A stretch of 62,916 nucleotides of DNA, the filler included, from Octopus bimaculoides (Eukaryota): NCBI RefSeq assembly GCF_001194135.2. It is 6 parts of 5 records of this genome, joined end to end, with 100 filler letters (N's around TTAATTAATTAA, not from the genome) between each part and the next. Parts side by side here need not be neighbours in the genome. Positions count along the whole stretch, not along the records: positions 8,873 to 24,124 come from NC_068996.1; positions 24,225 to 34,739 come from NC_068983.1; 4 more parts are not named here. The stretch is one strand, 5' to 3'. Below are positions 14,069 through 25,449 of the stretch, in pieces. The position numbers and the translations under genes are program-made. Each line of letters starts with the position of its first letter. Position 1 is the first letter of the stretch. Under the pieces are notes generated by a model. It was not told the origin of the DNA. It ran no database searches and worked only from the letters and a program-made list of their open reading frames with translations.

Positions 14069-14412
14069 CAAAATCTGTTGATGAAGAAATTCGAATGTAG
14101 GAGCCTTGAATCTAGGTTAGAAACCGGCTCTTTTTCTATTTGCAAGAAATATTGAAATAAAACTGAACAATGACATACATACCCACATACATACATACAT
14201 ACATACATACATACATACATACATACATACATACATACAGAAATATCCTGTTGTTGATGTTGAAATTCCACTGAAGGACCCTTGGATCTAGGTTAGAAAC
14301 CAGCTCTTTCTTTGTTGGCAATACATCTTGAAATAAAACTGAATAATGACATACATACCCACATACATACATACATACATACATACATACATACATACAC
14401 ACATACATACAT
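14069..14412 (+). repeat. Two-unit composite tandem repeat (about 170 bp: unique part plus (ACAT)n)
   Basis: ccttg(a/g)atctaggttagaaacc(g/a)gctcttt...ttgaaataaaactgaa(c/t)aatgacatacatacccacatac occurs twice. Confidence 0.85.
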
Positions 14413-14592
14413 ATCCTCACACAACGTCGAGAAAATCTATTACATCTAAATTCATATTCAACCGTAAAGTGGTGAGCGTATAAATTCGGAACCAATATTT
14501 AGGTTATGGTGTTGGTATTGGCGTTGTAGCTGATTGAAAATTGAACGAGTTATATTTCGGTAGGTGTGTATGCGTGCGTGCATGTGATGCGC

Positions 14593-14640
<48 letters not shown>

Positions 14641-14915
14641 CTGTGTGTGTGGGTGTGTCCGCGTGTGCATAGCTGGTGCTATAAAGAATTATATGACTGT
14701 TCCCTAATAAGAAAAATAAATCGCTAATCAAGCCCAATTGACTAAAAACAGGCTAACTGAGAACAGCAGCATATAATTATGGACATCACCAAGACTGAAT
14801 TGTCTTGCTTTAGAAAGCGACTGCTCTTATATATGCCAATGCTGTTGTTGATAATTGTAAGTGCGCCGTTTGTCCGTTTGCTGTACGAAACATTTATAAA
14901 ATGCTCTCGATTTGG

Positions 14916-14994
<79 letters not shown>

Positions 14995-15066
14995 GTGTGT
15001 GTCACTTTGAAAACTATATATTTCAAACAAGAATTGAGCAGCGCCATCTCTAGCCCAAGAGTTATT

Positions 15067-15109
15067 CAGTGCTGATGAAGGGAAATAACCCAAAAATCGC
15101 GATACACAG
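15067..15109 (+). ncRNA. Degenerate hammerhead-like motif with an 8-nt palindromic helix III
   Basis: CAGUG CUGAUGA A GGG-AAAUAA-CCC AAAA AUCGCGAU A CACAG. GAAA is replaced by an A-run (G12 lost). Confidence 0.45.
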
Positions 15110-15499
15110 ATATTGTTTTGTGCTGAGTGGGGATACTAAACTCCCATGATCGAAAATATAAGGACACAGTTAGTGTGTCGTATAGCCAGCTGGAGACGAA
15201 GTTTCCTGGGGCTAAATAGCAGTAGCATTCGTCCTAACGATGACCATCATCACGTTATGTTGGCAAATAATCTTTAATATATATATATNNNNNNNNNNNN
15301 NNNNNNNNNNNNNNNNNNNNNNNNNNNNNNNNNNNNNNNNNNNNNNNNNNNNNNNNNNNNNNNNNNNNNNNNNNNNNNNNNNNNNNNNNNNNNNNNNTAT
15401 ATATATGTCTGTGTGTGTGTGTGTGTGTATATATATGTATATATATGTATATTTATTTGTGTATATATATATATTTGTGTATGTATATGTATATATATT

Positions 15500-15536
<37 letters not shown>

Positions 15537-15598
15537 CTATTTGTGTATATATATATATGCATATATATTTGTGTGTGTGTATATGTATATATACATGT

Positions 15599-15770
15599 AC
15601 AGGGAGAATTCACAAGAAAAAACAAAAGACGAAGACAGGTGGTGTAGACAACAAACAGATGTATTAGTATAACGCTCGGGAAGAGAAAAAAGTCTTTAAC
15701 GTTTCGAACCTACGCTCTTCCACAGAAAGGAACACAAAAAGAAAGAAGGAGAGAAAAAAGAATGTGTAAT
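15599..15770 (-). mobile_element. Short repeat family F with a variant hammerhead-like motif (15694-15729)
   Basis: Its reverse complement matches 60668-60815. Motif CUUU CUGUGGA A GAGC-GUAG-GUUC GAAAC GUU AAAG. The 3' end abuts a TA-rich microsatellite. Confidence 0.65.
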
Positions 15771-16079
15771 AAGCTAGCGATATGTGTATAAAAACGATTA
15801 AGTAAACAAAATATGCTATTGTTATAACTTTATTTTGCACGACGATCGCTTCGGCCCATTCTGCAATTGTCCTTTATGGGTGGGGTGCTGTGAATCATAT
15901 TACGTTGCATCAATCTTGCAGTTTGCGTCACATCAGGTACATTCATACATAAAGTAGTGTCTCGCTAAATATTTTTGTTTGGGCAGTCATGTTATTTGCT
16001 CGTTTCGTTTAGGGAACGAGGTATTGCTACGGTTGTCTTTATTGTTAAATATCCGTATATACTAATTGAGCTATACTCA

Positions 16080-17430
16080 TTAATCCATAATATAGCATAG
16101 ACACACACACACATAGAGAGATAAATGGATGTGTGAATGTATCTTCCCTCTCTATTTTCATATATATTGTTTTTTTATATACACACACGCACACATACAC
16201 GCACATACGTACATATCCACACTAAAAACACACGCACCCGTATACACACATGAACACACATACATCTCCCACACACACCACACACATACGACACACATAC
16301 ATGCACATATACACACACACATACTTCCACACACGTGCACACACACATGCACACACACATACATACACACACACCCACATACTCCCATGGGCACACGCAT
16401 ATGCGCGTACACACATACGTGCACAAACGCACACAAACACTTACACACGCACAGGAATTCACAGATACCTAACCCGCACAACTCCACGCACAATACCTAT
16501 ACACACACACACACACACACACTAACATAAACACACACAACCACCCACACATACATACTCAATCACAGGCGCATACACGCAACAAAATGTACACATAACG
16601 CGACACACATTTCTACGTTCACACACATATATACACACGAATGCACATACACACATGTACACACGCCCATACACACACACGCATACACACGCACATGCAC
16701 ACACGCACACACATATACATACGTACATACATATACATAAACACATTAGTGCATGTACGTTCATATGCTTCCAACACACACAATGCACATGCAGACACGT
16801 ACACAATTACACACACATGGGCAAAAAATACACACGCACCTGCACGCATACACTCACAGGTGAAAACGCATGCACGCACATACTCACAGGTACGCACATG
16901 TACACCTACACAAACCCCACACACAACCCCCATACAATCCACGCACACACGCATACACAAACTCACATATACATACACACAGTATATACATACACGCACA
17001 TACACATACGCATACACATATAGACACATACACACACACGCATATGAACGCACACATACCTAACACTCACAACCCCATCCATACCCCCAACACAACCCTT
17101 CGTTCACACACACATGCACAAACACACATACACATGCACACACAGAGGCACAAACACAAAATACATACGCACAAACACACATGCATACACGCACATACAC
17201 TCACACGCACACACACACACACATACAAACACACACGCACACGTACACACACACATACTGAATAAAGTATAATTACTCCGCAGACAACCTCACGCGCACA
17301 CACCTAACCGCACGTACACACACATACATACATACCCACACGTACACCCACACATACATAACCACACATACACACACATATATACACACTGGAAACTACA
17401 CACACACATTACATATACATATACGCACAC
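16080..17430. repeat. Long degenerate (CA/TA)-rich microsatellite field
   Basis: Direct reading. It is the source of many spurious H/T/Y or C/V ORFs. Confidence 0.9.
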
Positions 17431-17605
17431 GCACATACTTCAAATTACCAGTACCTTTCTACTGACCATTCTCCTACGCACATGTATAGGTAGAGACATA
17501 ACAGGCAGCCACTGCTACTATAAATTCTTCCTATGGCCTTAACGATACTGTCCAACCACACACATACATAAACAGCCACAACCACACACGCACACACACA
17601 CACAT

Positions 17606-17897
17606 ACCTCCTTCTCTTGCACTCTCCTGTCTTTGAAAAGAACTTTTTCTACACCCTTTCCCTTCCGGTCATTCCAATATGTGACTGCGTGTGCAAGTTT
17701 GGCGATTTTCTTTCTCCGTCTTCCCTTCTTTGGACTTTTCCTATATTTCTGACGAAGATCTCCGATCGAAACGTTAAATCCTCTTTCTTTTCTTTCATTT
17801 CCTGAGCGTCCAATAACAGTGTAATTTTCCACGTCCTCGCGTTGTTTTTACGTGTCTTTTTCATGTTTTTTCTTGTTTGTTCTTGTTTAAATTGACT
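17606..17897 (+). mobile_element. Putative short hammerhead-bearing element, family G, running 3' into (TA)n
   Basis: Non-microsatellite block between CA and TA tracts. Shares ttcc(c/t)gagcgt..aata and a pyrimidine-rich tail with family F. Only one copy in the window. Confidence 0.45.
17745..17779 (+). ncRNA. Minimal type I hammerhead ribozyme motif (family G)
   Basis: AUUU CUGACGA A GAUC-UCC-GAUC GAAAC GUU AAAU. All core nucleotides and both helices are intact. Confidence 0.72.
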
Positions 17898-17927
17898 ATA
17901 TATATAGTATATCTATATCTATATCTA

Positions 17928-17995
<68 letters not shown>

Positions 17996-18157
17996 TATAC
18001 GTACATACATACATATACATACGTAGGTACACACATACATATATATGTACATACTTTTATTATTTTATACTTTTATTTGTTTCAGTCATTTGACTGCAGC
18101 CATGCTGGAGCACTATATTTAGTCGAACAAATCGACCCCAAGACTTATTCTTTGTAA

Positions 18158-18349
18158 TACAGTTCTATATTTAAGAGATGAGGAATTATTTACATTATTT
18201 ACATTATTTACAATATTTACATTTGACGGATATTTGTCCTCATCTTGTTTGTTGTTAACACAACGTTTCGGCTGATATACCCTCCAGCCTTCATCTGGTG
18301 TGTTGGGGAAATTTCGAACCTGGGTTTTCATTCCTAAGGTATTTTTCGA

Positions 18350-18350
<1 letters not shown>
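18158..18350 (-). mobile_element. Family D copy nested inside a SINE-C copy, with an adjacent (ATT)n tract
   Basis: SINE-C sequence ctttgtaa|gcctagtactt is split between 18157 and about 18465, with this element and (ATT)n in between. Confidence 0.75.
18257..18301 (-). ncRNA. Hammerhead motif of family D, U4A substituted (probably dead)
   Basis: Reverse complement: ACAC CAGAUGA A GGCUG-GAGGGUAUAU-CAGCC GAAAC GUU GUGUU, with a perfect 5-bp helix II. Confidence 0.6.
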
Positions 18351-18448
<98 letters not shown>

Positions 18449-18588
18449 TATTATTGGGGTTAGTAGCCTAGTACTTACTCTATCGACTGCTTTTGCCGAA
18501 CCGCTATGCTACAGGTACGTAAACACACCAAGTGATGTGTTGTCAAACGATGATGGTGCGGGAGGGGACGAACACAAACACGCAAATA

Positions 18589-18643
<55 letters not shown>

Positions 18644-19014
18644 GTATGTATACGACGGGCTTCTTTCAGTTTTCGTCTACCAAATCCACTTACAAGGCTT
18701 TCGTCGGTTCGAGACTATTGTTGAACAACACTTGCCCAATGTGCCACATAGTGGAACTGAACCTGGAACCATATGATTGGGAAGCAAGCTTCTTACCACA
18801 TAGCCCCTCCTGCACCTATATATATTTATATCATACATATTACTACACATACATGCAGGAGCTCACACACACACATTATGTAAATATTTGTATGCATATG
18901 TCTATAGATAAAAGCTTCACTTAGCCGTCACCTTAGGCGATTACGTTCTCAGTAGCAAAACGTGCACACTGCTTTAGTTGCCTATGCTGTCTCAATCAAA
19001 CAGAAGTGTACACT

Positions 19015-19661
19015 CAAGGCTCTCTCACCCTTGACCTAACGAAGCATCGATGGTGCGACATGTCTGCACACGAACACACACACACATACTCATACATACA
19101 CAGACTCACACATACACACACATACACACATATACACACACATACACACACAAATACACACACATACACACACATACACACACATATGCACACAAATACA
19201 CACACATACGCACACAAATACACACATACACACACATATACACTCACACATACACACACACACAACAGGTATACCTCTCACCCGTGACCTAACGAAGCAT
19301 CGATGGTGTGATACGTCTGCACCCGAACACATACACACACATACACACATATACACACACAAACACAAATACACACATATACACACATACACACACATAC
19401 ACGCATATACACACATACACACACATACGCACACATACACGCTCACAAATACACACACATATACACACTCACACATACGCACACATACACACATACAGGC
19501 ATAAACGCATACATACACTCATACACACACACAACAGGCACACCTCTCACCCTTGACCTAACGAAGCATCGATGGTGCGACATGTCTGCACACGAACACG
19601 CACATACATACACACACTCACACACAGACACACACACAAACATTCATACACACACACTCAT

Positions 19662-19694
<33 letters not shown>

Positions 19695-19727
19695 AACACA
19701 ACAGGCATACCTGAATCTACGTCGACA
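19015..19727 (+). repeat. Composite tandem repeat: conserved core of about 60 bp plus variable CA/TA microsatellite spacer, 3 cores and a partial fourth
   Basis: The core cctctcaccc(t/g)tgacctaacgaagcatcgatggtg..atgtctgcac recurs, with CTAACGA at 19036, 19289 and 19558 (periods 253 and 269). Confidence 0.9.
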
Positions 19728-21033
19728 NNNNNNNNNNNNNNNNNNNNNNNNNNNNNNNNNNNNNNNNNNNNNNNNNNNNNNNNNNNNNNNNNNNNNNNNN
19801 NNNNNNNNNNNNNNNNNNNNNNNNNNNNNNNNNNNNNNNNNNNNNNNNNNNNNNNNNNNNNNNNNNNNNNNNNNNNNNNNNNNNNNNNNNNNNNNNNNNN
19901 NNNNNNNNNNNNNNNNNNNNNNNNNNNNNNNNNNNNNNNNNNNNNNNNNNNNNNNNNNNNNNNNNNNNNNNNNNNNNNNNNNNNNNNNNNNNNNNNNNNN
20001 NNNNNNNNNNNNNNNNNNNNNNNNNNNNNNNNNNNNNNNNNNNNNNNNNNNNNNNNNNNNNNNNNNNNNNNNNNNNNNNNNNNNNNNNNNNNNNNNNNNN
20101 NNNNNNNNNNNNNNNNNNNNNNNNNNNNNNNNNNNNNNNNNNNNNNNNNNNNNNNNNNNNNNNNNNNNNNNNNNNNNNNNNNNNNNNNNNNNNNNNNNNN
20201 NNNNNNNNNNNNNNNNNNNNNNNNNNNNNNNNNNNNNNNNNNNNNNNNNNNNNNNNNNNNNNNNNNNNNNNNNNNNNNNNNNNNNNNNNNNNNNNNNNNN
20301 NNNNNNNNNNNNNNNNNNNNNNNNNNNNNNNTAAAAAAGTAAGAATAAACTTAAAATAAAAATAAGACTTAAAATAAAATAGAATAAAAAATAAAAAATA
20401 AAAATTAAAGAATAAAAAATAAAATAGGGGTTTGTATGATTGTGTATAGAGGAATATATTATTTAAAAGAGTTCCAACTCTGTCTGCTTTTTATGTTTCA
20501 TTTATATTATAAAATTAATGTGAAATGAAATGAAGTAAAATGAAATGAAGTATTGAATGTCCTATTGAATAAATGACATATTTAGTATTAAATATATAAG
20601 GACTAGTATACTTTCCTGCTTTCAAGCAGTCATCAAGGTCCCGTGGTATAGTCATTATTTTAAATAATAACGAAAAAGTTTGTGAAGTTTATCAGCTTAA
20701 TCAGTTTTAGCAAATGTTTTCTACGTATTTTCACAAGAATTCTATTTGATTATCTTCTTCAGTATTTCTTTTTGTACCGTTTGTTTTTCAAAAAATTTAT
20801 GTTTTTAAATATGAATGTTGAAACTGAATCGAGTGATGTTGAAGTTTATTTTTCTGTTAACTTCTTTAACAAAAAAAAGAAGAAAAATGTCGTGAAGTCC
20901 TCCCCCTAAAAGACATAACTCGGAACGATGTAAATTGAGGTGTGCCTCTCTGTATGTTTATATACCAGAAACTGTGATGTATACGCACGCATACGTATAT
21001 ATGTGTGTTTAAGTGATTTTTTTTTTATATATG

Positions 21034-21160
21034 TAGGCGTAGGCTTGACTGTGTGGTGAGAAATTTTCTTCTTAATCAAATGGTTCCAGGTTCACTCCCA
21101 CTACGTGGTACTTTAGGCAAGTGTCTTCTACTATAAGCCTTGGGTCGACCAAAGCCTTGT
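21034..21160 (+). mobile_element. SINE family C, 5' module
   Basis: ggttccaggttcactcccactacgtggtactttaggcaagtgtcttctactata. Confidence 0.75.
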
Positions 21161-21394
21161 ATATGTATATATATATGTATATATATATATATATGTGTAT
21201 ATATATTTATATATATATATATATATACATATACGGTATATATANNNNNNNNNNNNNNNNNNNNNNNNNNNNNNNNNNNNNNNNNNNNNNNNNNNNNNNN
21301 NNNNNNNNNNNNNNNNNNNNNNNNNNNNNNNNNNNNNNNNNNNNNNNNNNNNNNNNNNNNNNNNNNNNNNNNNNNNNNNNCTTAAACAAACCTT

Positions 21395-21650
21395 ATTCAG
21401 GGACCTTTTGAGCGGGATGGGCTACTCGACCTGAAAAAATTCTAACTGGGCCCCACCTGCGAGGTCATGCACTGTTTATCTTGATATGAGATCACCATGT
21501 CGTGCACATATGGTTGTGATGCATGTGCCTGGTGTACCCTTATCAGACGTGTGGTTATGATGGGTATATTAGGCTTCGTATATTTTACCCCAGTGTCACT
21601 TTGATGGCATGCACTGCTCTCTCACTCAATAATAATAATAATAATAATAA
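21395..21650 (+). mobile_element. Probable 3' end of a non-LTR retroelement terminating in (AAT)n
   Basis: Complex block ending gcactgctctctcactc(aat)n. Single copy here, so the family is not assignable. Confidence 0.4.
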
Positions 21651-21663
21651 TGATATTAACAAC

Positions 21664-21845
21664 GTCGAAGTATACCTTAGGAATGAGAACCCAGGTTCGA
21701 AATTTCCCCAAGACACCTGATGAAGGCCGGAGGGTATATTAGCCGAAACGTTGTGTTAACAACAAAAAAAAGATCAGGACAAATATCCGTCAAATGTAAA
21801 TAATGTAAATAATGCACATAATTCCTCATCTCTTAAATACAGAAC
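21664..21845 (+). mobile_element. Short hammerhead-bearing repeat, family D (PLE-terminal-repeat-like)
   Basis: Near-identical to the reverse complement of 18158-18350. Contains an HHR motif, and (AAT)n lies just 5' of it. Confidence 0.75.
21712..21757 (+). ncRNA. Minimal type I hammerhead ribozyme motif (core intact)
   Basis: GACAC (helix I) CUGAUGA A GGC..GCC (helix II) GAAAC GUU GUGUU (helix I'). Helix III is the loopless palindrome AACGUU. Confidence 0.72.
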
Positions 21846-22284
21846 AACATATGTCTTACTGTGAATTACACTTGTGAGAGTTGTTATAAATTAAAGCAGA
21901 AATACAAACAAACATGCATGTATTATTTTCACATAAGCCCGCAGTTCTTTGGAGAAATCATCGTATGCTCTAATAATTACACTAATTAAAATATTATTTG
22001 ATGTATTTCGTCAGCAAATATTTAAAAAAAAAACCCAGTTAAATATGGATATTGTGCTTACGTCTTTCTTTCCGGTCACAACATAGATTGTTCATTTACG
22101 TAACAAGTATTGAAAAATCAGATGCCTATATGCGTGTATCTAAGGATAGACAAAATTGTTAGTGAACAACGAACCTCCAATTTCCGTCAGACGAAGAATG
22201 AAATCTAATTATCAAGAATGCCACCTTTAAATATTAATTACCGTATTTTTTATCCACGGTTGCTCATATACACGCCAATTTTCC

Positions 22285-22792
22285 CCTTCTCTTCCTTTCT
22301 TTCTTCCTTCCTTTCTTTCTTTCTTCCTTCCTTCATTCCTTCCTTCCTTCCTTTCTTTCTTCCTTCCTTCCTTCCTTTCTTTCTTTCGTTCTTTCTTTCT
22401 GTTTTTCTATCTTTCTTTCTTCCTTCCTTCCTTCCTTCCTTCCTTTCTTTCTTTCGTTCTTTCTTTCTGTTTTCCTTCCTTCCTTCCNNNNNNNNNNNNN
22501 NNNNNNNNNNNNNNNNNNNNNNNNNNNNNNNNNNNNNNNNNNNNNNNNNNNNNNNNNNNNNNNNNNNNNNNNNNNNNNNNNNNNNNNNNNNNNNNNNNNN
22601 NNNNNNNNNNNNNNNNNNNNNNNNNNNNNNNNNNNNNNNNNNNNNNNNNNNNNNNNNNNNNNNNNNNNNNNNNNNNNNNNNNNNNNNNNNNNNNNNNNNN
22701 NNNNNNNNNNNNCTTCCTTCCTTCCTTCCTTCCTTCCTTCCTTCCTTCCTTCCTTCCTTCCTTCCTTCCTTCCTTTCTTTCTTCCTTCCTTC

Positions 22793-22854
<62 letters not shown>

Positions 22855-22855
22855 C
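22285..22855. repeat. (TTCC)n/(TTTC)n polypyrimidine microsatellite spanning a gap
   Basis: Direct reading. Confidence 0.9.
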
Positions 22856-23371
22856 TTACTATCACTGTTTCTGCATGCATGTCAATGTGTACAAACACGT
22901 ACACCCGCGCTCACACACACACATACACAACCCTACATATTTCCCCGCGCACGCACACACATCCTCTATTCGTTAATGGTGCAGAGAAGGACTATTGAAT
23001 ACTAAAAAAATAAAAAATAAAAAAACGTTGTGTGCGTATATAACCGAAGTGTAAACAGCGCAGATGAGCAGAAATAAGTGCAAACTAACAATATGTCGTT
23101 CTCATCCGCTTCCAAGACGATTCTTTTCGCCTGGTTTGGAAGTATACTGTGTTTTTTTATTTTTTTATTTAAAAATCTACATCTTTAATCGGACATTTTC
23201 TAGACGAAACACCACAACCTAAAGTTGTTCAGCACTTGTTCATTGTGACAGTGATGTTGATTACATTATAGAGCAGTTTCAGGCACAAAATTTGATACTT
23301 ATATGTATATATGTATATGTCTGCACACTCAGATATATAAGTATGCATATGTATATATACATAGAAATAAG

Positions 23372-23428
<57 letters not shown>

Positions 23429-23778
23429 GTGTGTGTATGTATGTATGCACGTGTGTGTGTGCATGTGCGTGTGTATATATTTGTGCGTGTGATCTACTTA
23501 GTAAATTACCTTATATTTCTCCTTCCTTAATTTTTCTACCTGTAATTCAACACAAAGCTGAAGCGCATGCAGTTGCACACAACTTGACGATAAAAATTTA
23601 CTATGCCCACAAGCAGTCACACATACGTCTACCTTAGCTACAGGTGGAAATCTTTTAACATCCTCTCTTGTATACATCCACAATTGGGTTTTAAGTAAAC
23701 TTTGAAAATATAAATTAATATATTTAGGAGAAGGTGGGGTGTGTAGTAAGAAGCTTGCCTCCCACCACTCTAGTAACT

Positions 23779-24124
23779 GTTTGTTGGCTCTCCGTCGCTT
23801 ACGACGTCGAGGGTTCCAGTTGATCCGATCAACGAAACATCCTGCTCGTGAAATTAACGTGCAAGTGGCTGAGCACTCCACAGACACGTGTACCCTTAAC
23901 GTAGTTCTCGGGGATATTCAGCGTGGCACAAAGTGTGACGAAGCTGGCCCTTTGAATTACAGGCACAACAGAAACAGGAAGTAAGGGTGAGAGAAAGTTG
24001 TGGTCAAAGAGTACAGCAGGGTTCGCCACCATCCCTTGCCGGAACTTCGTGGAGCTTTTGGTGTTTTCGCTCAATAAACACTCACAACGCCCGCTCTGAG
24101 AATCGAAACCGCGATCCTATGACC
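23779..24124 (-). mobile_element. SINE family A (head lost in gap)
   Basis: Reverse complement matches 25490-25831. Confidence 0.85.
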
Positions 24125-24344
24125 NNNNNNNNNNNNNNNNNNNNNNNNNNNNNNNNNNNNNNNNNNNNTTAATTAATTAANNNNNNNNNNNNNNNNNNNN
24201 NNNNNNNNNNNNNNNNNNNNNNNNTTACTGTGTCTGTCTGCCTGCTTCACCCCCTCTCTCTCTCTGTATAGTATATGTATTTATATATTTATGTATGTAT
24301 GTTTATATATGTATAGGCATACTGTGTGTAGGCATACTGATGTA

Positions 24345-24397
<53 letters not shown>

Positions 24398-24565
24398 TTA
24401 TGTATATATACATATGCTTATAAATGTATCTAAATACGTGTAGGTATATATATGTGCATATATTGCTTATAAACATGAGCGTATATAATTACTTAGATAA
24501 ATAAATTGGTGAGTACATGCATATTCTTGTGCATGCATATTCTTCTGCATGCATTTTCACACACA

Positions 24566-24606
<41 letters not shown>

Positions 24607-24766
24607 GGAGTTAATTATGTATAACACTAGATATATACATTTATATATGTATATGCATATCTATATGTATGTATTTATGTCTGTATATATGTATTCATGT
24701 ACATATCTATGTAAGTTTGCATGTATGCATGTATGTATGCGTGTACATATATATATATTCAATACC

Positions 24767-24806
<40 letters not shown>

Positions 24807-25449
24807 NNNNNNNNNNNNNNNNNNNNNNNNNNNNNNNNNNNNNNNNNNNNNNNNNNNNNNNNNNNNNNNNNNNNNNNNNNNNNNNNNNNNNNNNNNNNNN
24901 NNNNNNNNNNNNNNNNNNNNNNNNNNNNNNNNNNNNNNNNNNNNNNNNNNNNNNNNNNNNNNNNNNNNNNNNNNNNNNNNNNNNNNNNNNNNNNNNNNNN
25001 NNNNNNNNNNNNNNNNNNNNNNNNNNNNNNNNNNNNNNNNNNNNNNNNNNNNNNNNNNNNNNNNNNNNNNNNNNNNNNNNNNNNNNNNNNNNNNNNNNNN
25101 NNNNNNNNNNNNNNNNNNNNNNNNNNNNNNNNNNNNNNNNNNNNNNNNNNNNNNNNNNNNNNNNNNNNNNNNNNNNNNNNNNNNNNNNNNNNNNNNNNNN
25201 NNNNNNNNNNNNNNNNNNNNNNNNNNNNNNNNNNNNNNNNNNNNNNNNNNNNNNNNNNNNNNNNNNNNNNNNNNNNNNNNNNNNNNNNNNNNNNNNNNNN
25301 NNNNNNNNNNNNNNNNNNNNNNNNNNNNNNNNNNNNNNNNNNNNNNNNNNNNNNNNNNNNNNNNNNNNNNNNNNNNNNNNNNNNNNNNNNNNNNNNNNNN
25401 NNNNNNNNNNNNNNNNNNNNNNNNNNNNNNNNNNNNNNNNNNNNNNNNN

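Larger units (their letters stand above)
18056..18816 (-). mobile_element. SINE family C interrupted by the family D element
   Basis: The 3' part (18056-18157) and the remainder (18465-18816) are collinear with 35528-35915. Confidence 0.85.

Noticed and set aside
19015-19727. CRISPR-like repeat-spacer appearance
   Set aside because: Eukaryotic context, spacers are long microsatellites rather than unique 30-40 nt sequences, and there are no cas genes.
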